Positions 12,774 to 25,287 are shown, counted from the first letter of the stretch. The stretch: 64,000 nucleotides of DNA from Chiloscyllium plagiosum (GCF_004010195.1 NC_057719.1:70606692-70670691); one strand, 5' to 3'. Translations and numbers: made by a program. The notes: a model not told the origin generated them from the letters alone.

Positions 12774-15556
12774 TACCTACCGATACCTGAGTTTTTACTG
12801 TCATTGATTGACAGCATGCTTTTTTCTCCATTCTTTTGCACCCTGACTCTCAATACTTGCTTGCTTTTGCATACAAAGGACAACAGTATACCTGGACCAG
12901 CTCCCTCAGGGTTTTGTCCCCTCCCCTACATTGTTTCCACTGACCGTCTATAATCAATTATGGTCCTTGGAACTACCAAAGGAATCTACTGTTGTTCAAT
13001 AAGTGGATGATTTACTCATTGCTAGCTGCAGCCTTCCTGACTGTGAAGTTGACACCACTGTCTTATTGAACTTTTTACACTCCCTCAGGTATGTTATCCC
13101 ACCCCACAAGGTTCAGCACTGTTAAGTTTTTAGGCATCCTGCTTTCGACGGAGGAATGAAAACTTACTGAGGCTCATTTATGTTCTATTTCTAATACTCC
13201 GCTATCGACAACCCCTAGGCAGATGTGTGCTTTGCTCGGATTTCTGAAGTTTTGTAGACAATAGATACCAAACATTGCCATTCATACCCACTTGCTCAAC
13301 TCGCTGTCGTCCTCTAATGCCCCCTCCCATTTTATATTGACTCTTGAACAACTGACAACTTTTAATGATTTGAAATGCAGTCTTTTACACGCTCCTGCAC
13401 TGGGTCAGCCCTCTACGATCATCCCTTCCAATTGTATATTACTATTAGGGACTGATGTGCTACTGCTGTTTTAACTCAAGCTCACAGGGATGAGAAAAGG
13501 CCGGTTGCATATTACTCTACCAAATGGAACCTGGTGGTGATTGGGCATTCCCGCTGCTCTCAGGTTCTTCCAGCTGTCTACATCCTCATTTCTGCTGCCT
13601 CAAATATTACCCTTCAGTTTTTACTCCAAATTCTGTTGTTGGTTTTCTCACTTCTCAGCGAACTCAGCATTTGACTTTGGCTTGCCAAAATAAATATGAG
13701 ACAGCCCTTCTCAATAATTCACTACTTACCTTCTCCCACTGAACTACTTTGAACCCTGCTACGTTTTTAATGGATCCACCTCAACACCTCACCCTCTCTG
13801 AGCATAATTGTTTATTGAGGAATCATTTTTTTACCACAGCATGCAATGGTCTGCCTGATCTGCCACTTCCAGATGCTGATTTAACCCTTTTTATCAATGG
13901 CAATTCCTTTACTGATCCTTCAGGACAGCATTGTTCTGGATATGCAGTTGCCACAGATTCTGTAATTTTAGAGCAGGCTGCTTTTGCTACCCCTCTTTCC
14001 GCACAAAAAGCCAAATTATTCACCCTTACTGATGCCTGCATACTGGCGTGGGGAATAGCACTTAATGTTTCTACTGACTCCCATTATGCTTTTGGCATTG
14101 CCCATGATTATGGTGCTTTATTGGAACACAGGATTTTTTTTTAACTTCAACTGGGCAGCCTATAAGTAACGCTGTCTTTGTCTGTAACCTTTTACAGCCT
14201 CTGCAATTTCTATCTAGATTAGCTGTTACCAAGTGTTCTGCTCACACTGGTACTACTGATCCTGACTACATAGGCAATGAACAGGTGGACACTGCTGCGA
14301 AATCAGCTGCCTGACACCCTGCACTTGTGTTCCCCTCTGGTTCCCTTTAATACATTGGTAGAGATAATGTGAGGACAGGTAAGCCAGACTTGGATGAAAT
14401 TCAAAAATTACAGGGGACACCCCTGCTGATGGACACAATCTTTGGACTCAGTTGGGCTGCTCCTGTGACCAGACTGTGGGGGATCCCTGCAGGACAAGTT
14501 TGTGTTCCGTCCTTGCTCCTACCTATTCTAATTGATGGTGTTCATAGCTGTACACACTTGGGCAAGGAGGCAATGGTGAACACCTTACTGCAACCACCTG
14601 TTGGCACCCAGATTTCTGGAAGGCAGCTGAGAAAAGAGCTAAAGTGTGCACAATTTGTAAAAAGACTAATGCTGGGAAAGGGATGCCCTGTGGTTCTGGA
14701 ACCACCCCTCTGCCCGGTGGGCCTTTTGTGTGTCTACAGCTTGATTTTATAGAGTGTTTGTACCTAGAGTACAATGTTATAAGTATTGTTTAGTAATAGT
14801 AGATGTTTTTAGTAGATGGATCAAAGCCATCTTCGTGACTGATAATACTGCTACAACTGTGGTGAAAATATGACTGAGGGAAATGATTACCCGTTATGAC
14901 CTTCCTGAAATGATAAGTTCGGACAATGGACCACACTTTGTAGCTAAGATAAACAAGCAGATCTGCAAGGAGCTGGCCATAAAGCAGCAATTCCACTGTA
15001 CTCATCATCCTAAAGCAGCTGGGATAGTGGAGCGTGCAAATGGTATTCTAAAGGATATGTTGGCCAAGTTGGCATAAGAAGCAGTACTGAACTGGTTAAA
15101 GTTCCTGCCTTTGGCACTATTCCATGTGAGAGTTACCACCCCAAGTAAAACAGGGCTATCCCCTGTCGAGATTGTTTATGGGAAGCCCAAGTGGACTCTG
15201 TGGGGATCTGGAGTAGCTGCCCCCTGCCCCTTCCTGCAAGATTGGATATGTACACTCTAGGAGAGGAGATGGGAATATACCTGTGTAAATTAACCCAAAC
15301 TCTTCAAAGTTTACATTCCCAGGTACATCAAGCCAATCAAGAAAGTAATAATTCATCTGGAGGAGACTACCCTACGTAGAACCTGAAGATTTTGTACTGA
15401 TGAAGAACTGGGAACCGGGGAAAGTTTGAACCAAGGTGGAAAGAACCATTTCAGGTGTTACTGACCACCCCTACAGCTGTGAGGGTGCAGGGACAACCCC
15501 GCTGGGTTCACAGAACTGACTGTAAATGTGTCAGTGAAGGAATAGATGAAGACTGA
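12774..15556 (+). pseudogene. pol: Retroviral pol pseudogene (partial RT, tether, RNase H, integrase)
   Basis: RT: FTVID*QHAFFSI..HPDSQY.LAF..KGQQYTWT/LPQGF..SP and VQ*VDDLLIA (YVDD mutated to a stop). RNase H: LFINGNS...SAQKAKL...TDSHYAF. Integrase: LQLDF...VDVFSRW...SSDNGPHF...GIVERANG and PRWKEPFQVLLTTPTAV. Confidence 0.93.
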
Positions 15557-15561
15557 GAAAG

Positions 15562-16856
15562 ATGCATTGGGTACTGATTACTTTGATGACCTTGGAGTGA
15601 TTTCCTTTGGGGACAAGAGGTTTTCGTACTAATACTGCTTTGTTCCTGGAAGGGCAACCAAGACAATCCATACATCATAATTTCTTTTTGTATTTGGCTT
15701 ATCAAAGTGCCCAAATGATGGGAAGAGTAACTGATTGCTGGGTATGTACGCATATGCCATCCCATTCACAGGGGGGTATCCCTCTGTGGCCAGTCTCCCT
15801 TAGCTAGCCCAAGATGGCTGAATGGCTAATACGCCGGGAATACTCTGATGATTCAGATAAAATTAAGAAAGTGCAGAAATGGCAGTCAGCAGGGTATGAA
15901 ATGACCCTATTCAGGGATTGGTACCAACCCGTCTACAACAGGTCCCATGCACTCACTTTCCTGATGGATCTTAATAAGACTATTAATGACACTAATTTGC
16001 TTCAATAAGGGTGGGAACTTCTCCAGTGGCTTATATATGGGGACCAGTCACTGCTCCTTCACTTTCCCATGGATTGAACCTCATTAAAAATGTGATTAAA
16101 TTTGGATTTTTCTTGTTTGATTGGTCCTCCATCATTAACAGAATGTCAGGGTCCCTTTGGAAGGGTCCTACTTCCAGGGTATGGGAAGATGGATATTCTA
16201 GCTTAACAGCCTATAATGTCACATTCTTTGTTTGCAGACTCTAGGCCTATCCGTGGCTCCCCTCAGACTGGTGAGGATCTCGTTATATAGGCTATGTGGT
16301 TTCTCTTATTTAGGTCTCAGACAGGTTGCCTTCACTCCTGAGGACCAAGAGGTATCTCCCTGCTCTTTTCACATTTATGGGAATGGCTTCTCCTCCTATT
16401 AGCTTTCATTTACAGGGCTCCAAATTAAGTAGATTAAGGACAATATTGGAAATTGTCGCTAATAATACAGCAAATGCACTGATTAATATCTATGTAGAAA
16501 TGGTTGCGATCAGGACAGTAGCCCTTCAGAATCGTTTGGCCTTGGACTTTCTAGTAGCTAAGGAGAGTGGGACCTGTGCCATTGAAGGAAAGGAATGTTG
16601 TACCTATACTCCTGACTGATCCTCCAACATCACTCATCTCTGAAGGCATATTAACCAGGAAATCCAGAAACTAAGTAATAGGGGTTATGGTGAGATGGGT
16701 AGTATCACGGGATGGTGGCCATCTAAAGGTCTCTTTGGGTATATTGGTGGCATGATTTGTCATTTTGTAACTAAATTACTTACTGTAATTGTTTGCATTC
16801 TTGCATTCAAATGCTTATGGTCACTGATATCCGATTGTTTTTGTCATAAACTTTAG
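15562..16856 (+). pseudogene. env: Gamma-type retroviral envelope pseudogene
   Basis: Hydrophobic leader (MHWVLITLMTL), SU CWVC motif, furin site RTKR, immunosuppressive domain LQNRLALDFL, CX6CC (CAIEGKECC) and a C-terminal TM segment (LLTVIVCILAF). Several stops and frameshifts. Confidence 0.92.
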
Positions 16857-16884
16857 GAATGGCCTGGTTGATCATAAAATGATC

Positions 16885-16896
16885 AAAAGGAGGGAA
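16885..16896 (+). promoter_or_regulatory. Polypurine tract
   Basis: AAAAGGAGGGAA immediately before the 3' LTR TG. Confidence 0.9.
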
Positions 16897-17469
16897 TGAT
16901 GAAGTATTGGGGAAATAAAAGCTAAAATACTCTATTTTGCATGTCTCCATTTTTATATAATAACTTGATTTTTAAAATAGCTAAGCTCAGTGACCATGAA
17001 AATGGATTAAAGAATGCATGATTCTTCATGTAAGCCAGCATTAGTCTCTTACCCAGACAGTTGCTATAACATAATGACTAGAATACTGATTGTAACTAAA
17101 GTATTGCATTGACATAAAAAAGACACTACATTAATGGTTTTGTTTAACCTATGTGGAACAAAACTAAAAGAATAAATTATCTAGTTCACATGCAATGATG
17201 CAAATAACACCACATTAATAGCTTTGTTTAACAATACTAAATGTATTAATTATCTAAAAAGGAACCTAATTAATACAAGAAATATGGTGGGAATTAGGGA
17301 AAATGAGATAATTACATACATTAAGGTTATAAATTATGCTGCCTTTTTATTAAGAATTAGAGATCTATTATTAGCATGATTATTGACTATTGATCTCTTG
17401 CCGGATTAATTGCAACAAAGTGTGTTTTTTTTGTAACTTACATGACGTCTGAGAATTTCTGAGCTAACA
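16897..17469 (+). repeat. ERV 3' LTR (573 bp)
   Basis: Starts tgatgaagtattggggaaataaaagctaaaa and ends gaatttctgagctaaca. Lacks an approximately 30-bp segment present in the 5' LTR. Confidence 0.95.
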
Positions 17470-17705
17470 GTTTAACCTGAGGGTCTTCATGCCCTACTGA
17501 TATGGAGAAGTTCAGAAGGAGCAGTCAATGATAAGTTCAGCAGGTGTAGGAATTGAAACTAGGCTGTCAATATTATGAACAAGCCGTCCAGCCAACTGAG
17601 CAAACTGACCTCCTTTGTGGTTAAAGATATGCAGTTAGATTAAAGGATTGCAAACTGAACGCCACAAGATCTGAACTAGAAAGTGTAAGGGTGAGGGGAA
17701 AAAAT

Positions 17706-17942
17706 TGAAAAGGAGGGTTGTGCATATATGGAACAAGCTGCCAGAGGAAGTTGTGAAGGGGGGTACAATTACAACATTTAAAATGCATCTGGATGGGTAC
17801 ATGGATAGGAAGGGTTTAAAAGGATATGGCCAAATGCTGGGAAATGGGACTAGGTCAGATTGGGATGTCTGGTCGGAGTGGACAAGTTGGACCAAAGGTT
17901 TGTTTCATGCTGTATGAATCTGTGTCTCTATCTATCTATGAC
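17706..17942 (+). mobile_element. CR1 LINE 3' end
   Basis: RVVHIWNKLPEEVV...FKMHLDGYM followed by the ggaccaaagg...ctatga tail. Confidence 0.85.
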
Positions 17943-18419
17943 TAACAATAAAACAATTGCTGTGCAAAAACTACATTCTTGTGTCTAGACCTTTATTGCA
18001 GCCAACCTTCAAAGCAACACCAGCAAACATTGAAACATTTCAGCTCTCTATTGTTAAATGTGGCTACATCAGTTATGATTAGTAGCCACAATGGAATGAG
18101 TGTATGTCTCGATTTCTTAGATGAAATCAGATGAAAATCTCTTTTAACCCTAGGTAACAGAGGGTGCCTCCTTCTCAGTCACCCCATATTGTGTTTCTGT
18201 ATCATTGTCTGCCAATGATGTGTAATAGATTAGATTATGATACCCACCTGGCTGCTCCTGGAAAAGTACTGCTCCTAAATCTGCAGCTGAAACATCAACT
18301 GTTTTTACATGTGAAAATGGAGGTTTACAATGCGAAGATATCTGTGCAAATCACCAGTTCCTTAAGCTTCTGAAAAGCGCTCTCTTGGTGAGCTTTCCAA
18401 CAGCATCTTTGTATCCTCC

Positions 18420-18916
18420 TAAGGAACTGTCTCAAAGATTCTCTAAGGAAAAACGAGCCCTGGTGCAATGCAAGGGGAACTGAGTCCCAGTGCAATGCAA
18501 GGGGAAATGAGAGCTAGAGCAGCATGAGGGGAAGCGAGTCTCCGTGCAGCACGACCTACCTTGTTGCAGTTGAGTGGCAGTGAGGAGTGGACTGGAGGCT
18601 GGAGCTGAGCTGGACAGTTGGTGGTCTGGGGCCTGGTGCAGGTGGTCATACCACATGCTGAGCTGCGGCCATCTGAAACTCTTTACTGTTCTGTAATGTC
18701 AATCCTTTAACTACATTATAACTATGTTATTTCTAATTCTCTTTTTAGAAATTGTAAGTAATGCTGCTACTTTTCCTTTTATTCCTGTTTGTATCCAAGA
18801 CTTTTACCAGGGTCTTGCACCTAAGATGGTGCCATTAGAAGCAGCCATTGTAAAAACTTCTCACTGTACTTCTGTACTGGAGTACATGGGACAAAAAAGC
18901 GATATTTTATTCTATT
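18420..18916 (+). mobile_element. Non-autonomous retroelement with an L2-like tail and internal short repeats
   Basis: Ends ttctcactgtac...gtacatgggacaaaaaagcgatattttattcta. The same tail appears inverted at about 22040-22080 and 24597-24615. Confidence 0.45.
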
Positions 18917-19099
18917 TGCCAACTGATTCACTGTACCCAAGAAAATTTTTAGATCATGAACTGGCTTTAAAATGGAAGTTTTAATAATTTCTGAGGATCA
19001 GAGATTATGCCTTTACTGTTGGCAATGAATCAATGAATTCTATAGGGAATTTATCTCTGTCATTAAATGTAAGGCTCTCTCCTCACTAATTATTTTAAT

Positions 19100-21010
19100 A
19101 CTGTGTGCACACTCTGATCATGATCTGAAACCATTGCCCATGGGTCATCATGTCATCCATGTAGCATATGATTCAATGGAGACCTTTGAAAAGTACTTGC
19201 CATATTTAATAGGAAACTTTCTGAGGCAAATGGAATTCCAAATGGTAATCTTTTAAAGCAAAATCTTCCGGAGGATTTATAAAGAATCATGATTGGTTAT
19301 ACAATGGCACTTGGTGGAATCTGTTTCTTGCATCAAGTTTCATGTTAACTCTGCTATTGGATAGATTAGCTAAACTGTTGTCAATGATGGATACAGGGTA
19401 AATTTCTCTCCCTGCAGTCATGTTTAATTGTGTGATATCAACACAAATTTGAAAAGTATTGTAAGGGTTGGGTGCAGTAATGATGCCCGAATGCAACTTT
19501 GTTGGTTTTGTTATGAGGAAAACAATGCTCATTCTTGTCATTTCTCCAAGTTGATTCTCAACTCCTTTCATTAAAGGGCATGGTATCTTCTTGGATGTAT
19601 AAAGCCTTAAGCATTTCTTGTGTTATACTATATTTGGTTTTAATCTTCCTAACACTTTTTGAACAAATTCAGATATTCCTTTTCAAATGAGTTCTTTAGC
19701 TTGTGTTCCTTCAACTCTTCCAATATTTGAATGAGATTGAAGTCAATTCATACCTTTCTACTCCGGAGTTAGAATTCCTAGTTATGAAGTTACAGAAAGG
19801 TTTACTAGTATTAGGTGCCACTCGTGTTGTAGAGTTTCTTGCACCACACCTTTTTAACATTAAGTGTGATGCTTCTAGAAAAATGTGATTGAATGTTACT
19901 TGGCTGTAAAACAGTGTTTCGTCAACCAAGGTTCACTATCTGATAACACTGCGCCAACTTTGCAAATCGTGAGATGCTCTTTGAAATAAATGCTTGCTTG
20001 CCAAAATAGTCCCCCTAGTTCACTAATATACCCAGGAAAATGTTGTGACAGATCTTCTGAAAACTGTTCTGCATAAAATACCTCCATGTGGATTTATATT
20101 TGGTGTTTTGAATTTCATAGAATAGAATCCCTGTAGCGTGACCAACCCTCCAAAGACTATCCCATCCAGACCCACACCCCTACCCTATCCCTGTAACCCT
20201 GCATTTCCCATAGCTAAACCACCTGGCCTGCCAATCTCTAGGTATTATGGGCAATTTAGCATGGCCAATCCACCTAACCTGCACATCTTTGGACTGTGGG
20301 AGTAAACCGGAGCATTCTGGGGAAACATGCAGGTACGAGGAGAATGGGCAAACTTCACACAGACAGTCACCCAAGGTTGAATTGAATCTGGGTTTCGGGT
20401 GCTATGAGGTTGCAGTGCTAACCACTGGGCCACTGTGTTACATGTGATGGTGTCCTAGTTCAACACATTAATTAAGTGATCTATGTATTCCCCTGGATAT
20501 TCTATTCTGTTTAGTCTTGATTTTTACATATGAACAGACATACTTAGGGAAAATATGATTTGGGAGCAGCTCTCAATTCTAATGCCCCATTCAATAAGGT
20601 CATTATTGATCTCATTGACCTGTCTACCCATGATAACTTTTCACTGGCTAGCTTATCAAACTATATTTCTGCCTTTAAAGATTCAAAGACTCTGCACCTA
20701 GCCATCCTTTTTTGATAATTCTTCTTTTAATAGAATTTCTAAGATTGAAATAATTGTCAAAGGATTTAATTACTTTTGTGAACGTGTCTGTTGTTTCCTT
20801 CACTCTGAGGTGAGCAAATAGAGGCATCAGCTACATGCCCGATTGTGTACAGAATAGTATTTACTTCTTCAGGTTCTGACTTAGCATCCAGTTTTGAAGC
20901 TATTCAAGGCTTCAAGGATTCTTTGCTCCCAGGTGACCAACTTTGTGCACAATCTGGCCTATCTTTGAAGTCAAATCTTTACGGCAACGCCACTTCTGAT
21001 GCCATAGCTT
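19100..21010 (-). mobile_element. Degenerate Ty3/Gypsy LTR retrotransposon (gag, protease, RT), interrupted by a SINE
   Basis: Gag-like RFDFKD...IASKLDAKSEPEEVNTILYTIG (about 20820-20990). RT: ICVDITQLN..GREIYP...KLDA..RFHQVPL, GRFCFKRLPFGI and CYMDD (about 19152-19166). Possible Leu-type PBS tggcatcagaagtgg at 20990-21004. Confidence 0.85.
20117..20437 (-). mobile_element. tRNA-derived SINE (HE1-like)
   Basis: A/B-box head (cagtggttagc...ttcaattc), core gtgtggagtttgcacattctccc...cagtccaaagatgtgcaggttagg and a CR1-like tail. Confidence 0.9.
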
Positions 21011-21782
21011 CCTAATGTGGTTAGATATTTTTGCTTCTTTAATTTTTTATTGAGCAATAAAGGCAATTCACTCGCACTTTGCTTATCTGGAGTATTGTGG
21101 TTGTAATGGAAGACTTTCACCTTTCACAGATTTAATGGGGTCACCTGAAAAATCAGTGTACTAGAATCAAAACTGTTCAGTTCTTTAAATCGCTGAACGC
21201 TTATCTGCTTTAAGTGAGTGCATTGAAGATTTCCCTCACTCTCTGCTGCCACATAATGAAATTTTCATTATGTGAGACAGTTCATAAAAGGGGCAAAATT
21301 GTAAATCATTTACATTTGATATTTTATGAAATTGCTGGCAAGGTTAGTCCCCTTTTGCCATATTGTTTTTCAGGGTCAAGCTGGTCTTCTGTGGAACTCC
21401 AGGGACCTGCAAATGTTGCTGAAAACAAGCTACAAAAGGAGGCTAATAGGACCCCCAGAGAATTACAGTGCCTTCTTTTCAAAAGTTCCAAAGGGTTTAT
21501 TCTGCCAGTACTGACACATTGGTGGCTATAACCCATCAAAGATCTTTTCTTCTAACACCACATACAGCTAGCAATTATTTTAATGTTTAACTGTTCATCC
21601 TGGAAAGTGTTTTATATTGTGTGGAGATTGCGTTTCTGGAAGATTGGCATATCTCGTTGACCTCAGACAATGATACAGTTGGAGAGGAAGGACATTTTGA
21701 CTTCTTTATCTAAAGGATAGCTGCCCCTATTTCAACATGGAACACCTTTGGATTTCAGAAGTTCCTTGATTTTTTTTAAATA

Positions 21783-21950
21783 TAAAACAAAGAACTGTGG
21801 TAATCTGAAACAAACAAAAATGGAAATTGCTGGAGACACTCAACAGGTCTGGCAGCATCTGTGTAAAGGAAACAGTTAGCATTTCAGGTCCAGTGACTCA
21901 AAGCAACTAGGAAAAGGTATATTAATACTGATGATAGGGATGGAGTGGAA
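21783..21950 (-). mobile_element. PLE terminal fragment
   Basis: gaaattgctggagacactcaacaggtctggcagcatctg resembles the PLE ends at 37292 and 63535. Confidence 0.55.
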
Positions 21951-22080
21951 TCTGCAAGAATTACACTGTTTCGGCTTTTGTTCATATAAGCTTCAGCCAA
22001 ACCTGAAGGTTTCTTTAAACGTTATTTATTAGAATCTTTTTAGAATTAGCTTTATTGTTGCACGCACTCAAATTAGTACA

Positions 22081-24596
22081 TGTGACAATGATAGGGTGAA
22101 GGAACCTTGGGTGACAAGGAACATCTAATCAAGAGGAAGAAGGAAACTTAAGGTTGAGGAGGCAAGGATCAGACAGAGCTCAAGAGGATTGCAAAGTAGC
22201 CAGGAAGGAACTGAAGAATGGACTTAGCAGAGCTAGCAGGGAGCATGAGAAAGCTTTAATGGATAGGATTAAGGAAAACCCTCAGGCATTCTACACTTAT
22301 GTGAGGAACAAGAAGATGGCCAGAGTGAAGGTAGGGCCTATCAAGGATAGTGGAGGGAACTTGTGCCTGGAGTTGAAGGAGGTAGGGAAGGTCCTTAATG
22401 AATACTTTGCTTCAGTATTCACTACTGAGAGGGACCTTATTGTTTGTGAAGACAGTGTGAAACAGGCTGATATGCTCAAATGGGTTGATGCTAAGAAGGA
22501 GGATGTGCTGAAAGATTTGAAAAACATAAAGATACTTAAGTCTCCTGGGCCAGGCGGGATATACCTAAGGTTATTACAGGAAGCGAGGGAAGAGATTGCT
22601 GCACCTTTGGTGATGATCTTTGTGTCCTCACTGTCCACTGGAGTACTGCCAGATGACTGGAGGGTGGCAAGTGTTATTCCCTTGTTCAGGAAAGGGAATA
22701 GGGATAATCCTGGGAATTACAGGCCAGTTAGTCTTACATCTGTGGTGGGTAAATTATTAGAGAGGATTCTGAGAGACAGGATTTATGATTACTTGGAAGA
22801 GCATAGTTTGATTAGTCACAGTCAATGTGGCTTTGTAAGGGGCAGGTCACGCCTCACAAACATTATTGAATTCTTTGAGGATATTACAAAACACACTGAT
22901 TAGGGTAGAGCAATGGATTTTAGCAAAATGTTTGATAAGGTTCCCCGTGGTAGGCTCATTCAGAAAGTAAAGAGACATGGGATATATGGAAATTTGGCTG
23001 TCTGGATACAGAATTGGCTGGCCCATAGAAGACAGAGGGTGGTAGTAGATGGAAAGTATTCATCCTGGAGCTTGGTGACCAGTGGTGTTCTGAAGAGATC
23101 TGTTGGTAGAGTGGTGGATAGTGTGGAGGGCTGTTGTAGATTGTAATGGGACATTGATAGAATGCAGAACTGGGTTAAGAAGCAGCAGATGGAGTTCAAC
23201 CTGAAAAAGTGTGAAGTGAATTTATTTTGGAAGGTAGAATTTGAATACAGAATGCAGGGATAAAGGTAGGATTCTTTTCAATGTGGAGCAACAGAGGGTG
23301 CTTGGGGTCCATGTCCATAGATCCCTTAAAGTTGCCACCTAACTTGATAGGATTGTTAAGAAGGTATACGGTGTATTGGTTTTCATTAGCAGGGGGATTG
23401 AGTTTAAGAGCCGCAAGGTTACACTGCAGCTCTATAGAGACTTGGTTAGACCACACTTGGAATATTGTGTTCAGTTCTGGTGGCCTCATTATAGGAACGA
23501 TGTGAAAGCTTTAGATAAGATGCAGAGGAGATTTACTGAGATGCTGCCTGAACTGGAGGGCATGTCTTATGAAGAAAGGCTGAGGGAGCTAGGGCTTTTC
23601 TCATTGGACCAAAGAAGGATGAAAGGTGACTTGATAAAGGTGTACAGGATGTTGAGTGGCATAGACAGAGTGAATAGTCAGTTTTCCCAGAGTAATAATG
23701 GCTATCACAAAGAGACATAATTTTAAGGTGATTGGAGGAAGGTTAGTGGAGATGTCAGAGGTAGATTGTAATGGGACATTGATAGCATGCAGAACTGGGT
23801 TAAGAAGCAGCAGATGGAGTTCAACCTGGAAAAGTGTGAAGTGAATTTATTTTGGAAGGTAGAATTTGAATACAGAATGCAGGGATAAAGGTAGGATTCT
23901 TTTCAATGTGGAGCAACAGAGGGATCTTGGGGTCCATGTCCATAGATCCCTTAAAGTTGCCACCTAAGTTGATAGGATTGTTAAGAAGGCATACGGTGTG
24001 TTGGCTTTCATTAGCAGGGGGATTGAGTTTAAGAGCTGCAAGGTTACGCTGCAGCTCTATAGAGACTTGGTTAGACCACACTTGGAATATTGTGTTCAGT
24101 TCTGGTGGCCTCATTATAGGAAGGATGTGAAAGCTTTAGAGAAGATGCAGAGGAGATTTACTGGGACGCTGCCTGAACTGGAGGGCATGTCTTATGAAGA
24201 AAGGCTGAGGGAGCTAGGGCTTTTCTCATTGGACCAAAGAAGGATGAAAGGTGACTTGATAGAGGTGTACAGGATGTTGAGTGGCATAGACAGAGTGAAT
24301 AGTCAGTTTTCCCAGAGTAATAATGGCTATCACAAAGAGACATAATTTTAAGGTGATTGGAGGAAGGTTAGTGGAGATGTCAGAGGTAAGTTCTTTATGC
24401 AGAGAGTGGTGGATATATGGAATGCACTGGTAATAGAATCAGATACATTGGGGACATTTAAGCAACTCCTGGAAAGGCACGTGGAAGATAGTAAAATGAA
24501 GGGTATGTATCTAAGTTTGATCTTAGAGTAGGATAAAAGGTCGTCACAACATCAAGGGCAGAAGGGCCTGTACTGTGCTGTACTGTTCTATGTTCA
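22081..24596 (+). mobile_element. 5'-truncated CR1 LINE with an internal 625-bp tandem duplication
   Basis: KSPGPGGIY.RLL.EAREEI...NYRPVSLTSVVGKLLE, MDFSK.FDKVP and LVRPHLEYCVQFW. Tail is tactgttctatgttc. agtaca flanks both sides (22075-22080, 24599-24604). Confidence 0.93.
23136..24385 (+). repeat. Tandem duplication, 2 x 625 bp
   Basis: 23136-23760 versus 23761-24385, about 15 substitutions by eye. Confidence 0.95.
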
Positions 24597-24759
24597 CGAG
24601 TACAGTGAAAAGCCACTTACTGCACCTAAGCCCAGATTCTTAAATCCAAATTCATCTCGAAAAACCACAGAAAAAATAAAGAAATAAAAGTCCAACATCA
24701 CAGATCAGAGGAATGAATTAGAAAAATAAAGAAATAAAAGTTCAGATTAACAGGATGTA

Positions 24760-24882
24760 GGAACAAATTACTGCAGATGCTGGATCTGATGAAGATTCAT
24801 TTAGACTTGAAACATTAGCTTGCTCTCTCTCTACGGACGCTGCCTGACCCACTGTGATTTCCAGCACTTTTTGTATTCAGAA
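24760..24882 (+). mobile_element. Short PLE terminal fragment with a degenerate hammerhead-like core
   Basis: CTGATGA (24786-24792) and GAAAC (24809-24813), then gctgcctgacccactgtgatttccagca. Confidence 0.6.
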
Positions 24883-25009
24883 TAACAGTGCTTCAATCCC
24901 AGTCCACACCAGGAGTTAGCCGACATACTGCACCAGACTTCACCTTGAGACTGGAAATCAACGCTGAGGCCGGGCTGGGAGAATGTCACACTGGGCCACT
25001 GGCAAAAAG

Positions 25010-25287
25010 CCACGCCAGGCCGGGAGACCACCAAGCTAGGCCGGGAGACCACCACGCCAGGCCGGGAGACCACCAAGCCAGGCTGGGAGACCACCACGCC
25101 AGGCCGGGAGACCACCAAGCCAGGCTGGGAGACCACCATGCCAGGCCGGGAGACCACCACGCCAGGCCGGGAGACCACCACGCCAGGCCGGGAGACCACC
25201 ACGCACCACGCCAGGCCGGGAGACCACCACGCCAGGCCGGGAGACCACCACGCCAGGCTGGGAGACCACCAAGCCAGGCTGGGAGAC
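25010..25287. repeat. GC-rich minisatellite, 13 copies of a 21-bp unit CCACCACGCCAGGCCGGGAGA
   Basis: Counted directly. One 7-bp stutter near 25204. Confidence 0.95.

Larger units (their letters stand above)
12081..17469 (+). mobile_element. Defective class I (gamma/epsilon-like) endogenous retrovirus: LTR-PBS(His)-(gag/pro deleted)-pol-env-PPT-LTR
   Basis: Paired LTRs with TG...CA ends, PBS, PPT, retroviral RT/RH/IN and env motifs. The 4-bp TSD is attt (12077-12080) versus gttt (17470-17473). Confidence 0.96.

Noticed and set aside
16857..16884. Accessory genes of the epsilonretrovirus type (retroviral cyclin/orf A, B, C)
   Set aside because: Only about 30 bp separate the env stop from the PPT, and the 5' region is deleted, so no accessory ORF is visible.
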